From a bacterium (GTDB lineage Bacteria; Patescibacteriota; Microgenomatia; Levybacterales; UBA12049): a DNA stretch of 38,262 bases. The stretch is from positions 1 through 38,262 of the forward strand of contig JAJYEF010000003.1 of NCBI GenBank assembly GCA_021785915.1, given 5' to 3'. The notes under the pieces are model-generated. The model was not told where the DNA came from and did no database searches. It worked only from the letters and a program-made list of their open reading frames with translations. A program made the translations under genes and the position numbers. Shown piece by piece: positions 35,201 to 38,262 of the stretch. The stretch's first letter is position 1. Each line of letters opens with the position of its first letter.

Positions 35201-35258
35201 TCGTAGACACGTTTGATTATACAGGATTTATCCTGTTTAATCTAGCCGTTTAAAAAGC

Positions 35259-35816
35259 TTATAATGTGAGGGAAAGTGAATCCTTAGGGTCGTTTAAAGC
35301 GAATTTCTGGATGTCATTAAGGTAATAAAGTACGTGCGAAGCCCATACGGGAGAAGAAGCGTACATAGACCCTATTTGGTATATGTTTTGACCTCCCCAT
35401 TTGTCCATGTATCTTTGTCTTAATCCTGCCGAAACGGTTTGTATGCCCTCTTTCCAGGAACTAAATCTTATTACATTGTCGCCGTATACCCCCCATCCCC
35501 AACCATTATAAGAAGAGGGTGGAATTGACTTACCGAATGTGGATTCAACTCCGGCAATTGCGGCAACCAGTCTCCAGTCCAGATTGTACTCATCGGCATA
35601 ATAGATAAAATCCTGCGCATTTTTTGCCAACGGAGAATGCTGTTTCAACAGATATTTCTTTAGTATTTTTACACGGTAATCAGAACTTTCCGTAACCGAT
35701 TGGAAAGTTTTAATGTCCGCGGAGGACGCTGAAGCCTTTTCCTGTGAATACGCTTTTTGAGGAATAATCGTTAGTGCCGCAATAAAAAATATTGCAAGCA
35801 AAATTTTATTTCCCAT
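35259..35816 (-). CDS. secreted lysozyme-fold (glucosaminidase/lytic transglycosylase-like) protein
   Basis: Signal peptide; ADEYNLDWRLVAAIAGVESTFGK; YNGWGWG. Confidence 0.75.
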   Translation of the reverse strand: MGNKILLAIFFIAALTIIPQKAYSQEKASASSADIKTFQSVTESSDYRVKILKKYLLKQHSPLAKNAQDFIYYADEYNLDWRLVAAIAGVESTFGKSIPPSSYNGWGWGVYGDNVIRFSSWKEGIQTVSAGLRQRYMDKWGGQNIYQIGSMYASSPVWASHVLYYLNDIQKFALNDPKDSLSLTL

Positions 35817-35900
35817 AAAAAAAGGTTTAATTCCGTATTTTTGCAGAATTAAACCAAAAAAAATCCTAACGTATGTATTTGGAAAGACATACCTTAGGAT
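35817..35900 (-). promoter_or_regulatory. 5' leader with two tandem U-tailed hairpins and a 13-codon uORF
   Basis: AUCCUAAGGUAUGU...ACAUACGUUAGGAU-U7 then GGUUUAAUUC...GAAUUAAACC-U7 directly before ATG. Confidence 0.65.
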
Positions 35901-35909
35901 CTGTCCGAC

Positions 35910-35938
35910 AATATATCACACAACTATAGGTTTGTCAA
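35910..35938 (-). promoter_or_regulatory. promoter TTGACA-17-TATATT
   Basis: Minus strand: TTGACA aacctatagttgtgtga TATATT. Confidence 0.75.
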
Positions 35939-35953
35939 GAGGCAAACTATAGG

Positions 35954-36571
35954 TTATATAGAAAGTTGATCCATGACTGTATTAACGCCTATAGCCCAGC
36001 TTCCGTTGCTGGAAGGGGTGTATTTGGTCATTATCTGCTGTGGAGTTTGGAGACCTTGGGCTTTATATTGTCTTGCCAAGGTTTTTGTAACAGTATCTAT
36101 GGCTTGGCTAAAATTATTGAATCTTGTAACTTTTTTCCCGTAAATTCCGAAACCCCAGCAGTTATATGAGTCTTTTGGGGCTTTTTTGCAGAGCGTTGAT
36201 TCCTGCATGGCGATTGCCGGTACAAGACGGTAATCTAGTCCGTATTTATCTGCAGTTGAAACTATGTCCGAAGCATAAGGGTAAAGAACAGAGTTATATT
36301 TTTGAAAAAAATCTTTTACAACGGTTACTCTTGCATCCTGGAAGGTTATTTGTGTTTTAAGTGTGCCCGACGCGGCAGGCAAAGCTGCATAAGCAACTTT
36401 TGGGAAAGGTTTTTGGGACAAAAAACTTGACCTGAAATTAAGAGACAATAAAAAAAGGCTTAAAGCCAGTAACGAAGGGGTAAATACAAAAAATGAGGCA
36501 AGCAGGAACACTTTTCTCACCACCTTAGATTGACATATTTTGCTGTTTTTGTCAAGCTTTTGAAGCTTCAC
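35954..36571 (-). CDS. membrane-anchored lysozyme-fold protein, paralog of the neighbour (start uncertain)
   Basis: TM segment; ADKYGLDYRLVPAIAMQESTLCK; YNCWGFG; IMTKYTP. Confidence 0.75.
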   Translation of the reverse strand: MKLQKLDKNSKICQSKVVRKVFLLASFFVFTPSLLALSLFLLSLNFRSSFLSQKPFPKVAYAALPAASGTLKTQITFQDARVTVVKDFFQKYNSVLYPYASDIVSTADKYGLDYRLVPAIAMQESTLCKKAPKDSYNCWGFGIYGKKVTRFNNFSQAIDTVTKTLARQYKAQGLQTPQQIMTKYTPSSNGSWAIGVNTVMDQLSI

Positions 36572-36607
36572 GCAGTTAAATCTGACGCATGTATTTATCA
36601 GGGTAAA

Positions 36608-37171
36608 TTATTGTCTTTTATAAAGTCCCGTAAGCTCGGCCTCTTCTATGACGTGTCCTCCAATGTCTGATAAAACTTGTGCCTTTGTAGCGCCTCTTTG
36701 AAGAAGCAGTATCGTGTTTATGGCATAAAGTTTAAAAACGTACCTGTGCGTGCCGGATTGCGGACAAGGTCCTCCGTACCCATCCTGGCCGAAGTCGTTT
36801 ACGCCCATAGCAACATTATCAGAAATAAAATTTTCGGGAATTTCGTTTGTGTAGGGGTTTATATTAAACATTACCCAGTGAGTAAAACCGGATGGATTTG
36901 AGTCACGGTCTTCGACAATAAGCACGAGACTTTTGCTGCCGTATGGAACTCCGTTGAAAGTAAGAGGAGGGCTTTGATTCTCAGCGTCACAAGTATATTT
37001 TGCCGGAATATTGCCGTTATTATTAAATGCCGGGCTTGCGAGAGTCATATCTTCTGCCTGTCCGAACATAGTTCGTTTTGTTCCTTTGAAGTATGGGCTA
37101 TTCACATAGTATATAGTTAATGCTGCTCCCGCAACTATTAAAAAAGCTATAAATAAAAAGAGGGATCTCAT
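36608..37171 (-). CDS. YbhB/YbcL (PEBP) family protein with N-terminal anchor
   Basis: SPPL, FTHWV, GYGGPCPQSGTHRYVFKLYA; ATG 37171 (the longer ORF runs into the tRNA). Confidence 0.9.
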   Translation of the reverse strand: MRSLFLFIAFLIVAGAALTIYYVNSPYFKGTKRTMFGQAEDMTLASPAFNNNGNIPAKYTCDAENQSPPLTFNGVPYGSKSLVLIVEDRDSNPSGFTHWVMFNINPYTNEIPENFISDNVAMGVNDFGQDGYGGPCPQSGTHRYVFKLYAINTILLLQRGATKAQVLSDIGGHVIEEAELTGLYKRQ

Positions 37172-37174
37172 ATG

Positions 37175-37246
37175 AGCGGGCGATGGGAATCGAACCCACT
37201 GCCTTCTCCTTGGCAAGGAGACGTTCTACCGATGAACTACGCCCGC
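37175..37246 (-). tRNA. tRNA-Gly(GCC), CCA not encoded
   Basis: GCGGGCGTAGTTCATCGGTAGAAC; TCTCC-TT GCC AA-GGAGA; GTTCGATTC. Confidence 0.95.
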
Positions 37247-37250
37247 TTTG

Positions 37251-37323
37251 TGCCGAGAGTGTGAGTCGAACACACATAGCCTGTTCTTCAGACAGGTGCC
37301 TTGACCACCTTGGCTATCTCGGC
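37251..37323 (-). tRNA. tRNA-Phe(GAA), CCA not encoded, G37
   Basis: GCCGAGA/TCTCGGC acceptor stem; CCTGT-CT GAA GA-ACAGG; GTTCGACTC. Confidence 0.9.
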
Positions 37324-37381
37324 GCATTATGTATATGAAATTATACTAAATACCAACTACTTAATACTAGTTATTGGTGTG

Positions 37382-37456
37382 TGGACGATTAGGGATTCGA
37401 ACCCCAGACCTTCGCAGTGTAAATGCGACGCTCTAAACCAGCTGAGCTAATCGTCC
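37382..37456 (-). tRNA. tRNA-Val(TAC), CCA not encoded
   Basis: GGACGATTAGCTCAGCTGGTTTAGAGC; TCGCA-TT TAC AC-TGCGA; GTTCGAATC; upstream TTGATA-17-TATAAT. Confidence 0.95.
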
Positions 37457-37595
37457 TTTGTGCACCACCGTTTCGTTCTTTCAAACCAAATTATAGACGA
37501 ATTTGTAGATTGTATCAAGGAATGGAAACTTATTTTTAGGGAGAGTCAATTTACCTATCTTTTTTCAAATTAAAAAGCTATAATAATCTAAATTT

Positions 37596-38262
37596 ATGCC
37601 CAATCATATACCGCTTAATAGTTCTGATTATAAAACCGCGTTTGGAATTTTATATAAGATTCAATACGATGGTCGTCTAGCAAGAACAGGAGACAATGAG
37701 GCTGTGGGTTATCACATAAAAAATGACGGGAGCGCATTTGCTTATATAAAAATTAAAGTTTCTGGAAGCCTTTTTGCCACATGGGAGATTGATAGAAATG
37801 ACGAGAGCTTGGTAGAAAATACTTTAATAAGTTTGGGAACACTAAAAGTTAGTGAGCTTTTGGAAGATGATGAAATTCATTCTGGCAATGACAATGAATT
37901 TATGTTTACCTCTTATAATTCCGCATCTCCTACTTTTCAAGAAGAACTAGCAAGACTTACAAATAATTTAGACACTGTAGTACAGGAACATAAAGGTTGG
38001 TTAACTATAATTGCAGAAGATTTTAATAAAAACCAGGAATTAATCTTAAATACGACTAAAGAGCATGTAAATTTTCAAGATCAAAATGCGCGGGAAATAA
38101 GAAATTCTTTACTTCAGCTGATATCTCTTTCCGCTATAATTATAGCCGCAATAGTAGCACTTGGAAAATCTTCTGTTGGAGGACACATATTAGTTCTCAT
38201 TGCCTTGGCATTATTGGGTATAGTTATTGTTTGGGGCGTAATATATATTTTTTCAGTATTGG
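37596..38262 (+). CDS. hypothetical membrane protein, truncated by the window end
   Basis: Hand translation MPNHIPLNSSDYK... is open to the end; two hydrophobic segments at the C-terminal end; AT-rich; TATAAT upstream. Confidence 0.75.
   Translation, partial: MPNHIPLNSSDYKTAFGILYKIQYDGRLARTGDNEAVGYHIKNDGSAFAYIKIKVSGSLFATWEIDRNDESLVENTLISLGTLKVSELLEDDEIHSGNDNEFMFTSYNSASPTFQEELARLTNNLDTVVQEHKGWLTIIAEDFNKNQELILNTTKEHVNFQDQNAREIRNSLLQLISLSAIIIAAIVALGKSSVGGHILVLIALALLGIVIVWGVIYIFSVL

Noticed and set aside
182-36901. Numerous antisense or alternative-frame ORFs in the track (e.g. 5508-6074, 28778-29254, 34061-34609)
   Set aside because: They overlap well-supported genes, have no recognisable motifs and no expression signals
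1-38262. CRISPR array, integrase, transposase or prophage
   Set aside because: No regularly spaced direct repeats, recombinase motifs or duplicated tRNA 3' ends (att sites) seen

Overview
Chromosomal window from a small-genome bacterium using genetic code 11. It is most likely Patescibacteria/CPR (Microgenomates-like); this is inferred from a monoderm-type pilus locus without pilP/pilQ, DUF5660/DUF5665-like genes and trimmed housekeeping proteins. Content from left to right: (1) small orphan genes, an ICMT-like methyltransferase and holB; (2) a 14 kb type IV pilus locus (pilB-pilT-pilC, seven pilin/pseudopilin genes, pilD, pilM-N-O) with a DUF2723/TMEM260-like GT-C glycosyltransferase between the first pilin and pilD, and a heptamer tandem repeat inside pilD; (3) a housekeeping block (trmD, khpA, rpsP, rnc, nusB, rpmF, recG, tyrS, class A PBP, pheT, pheS, greA, rplT, rpmI, infC, thrS); (4) an accessory block of orphan genes, tig, two lysozyme-fold secreted paralogs, a YbhB protein and five tRNAs. 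The strongest unexplained signal is a set of three (possibly four) unannotated 5' leaders at 31.7-35.9 kb. Each has a 17-20 codon leader ORF and mutually exclusive 1:2 / 2:3 / 3:4 hairpins ending in a U-tailed terminator in front of orphan genes, i.e. ribosome-dependent attenuators with no obvious amino-acid control codons. Other points: first genes of transcription units appear pervasively leaderless, two mRNAs begin 3-8 nt after a tRNA, ThrRS and PheRS editing appears degenerate, and there is an unannotated 35-aa membrane protein. All calls are from motif recognition by eye; no searches or folding programs were run.
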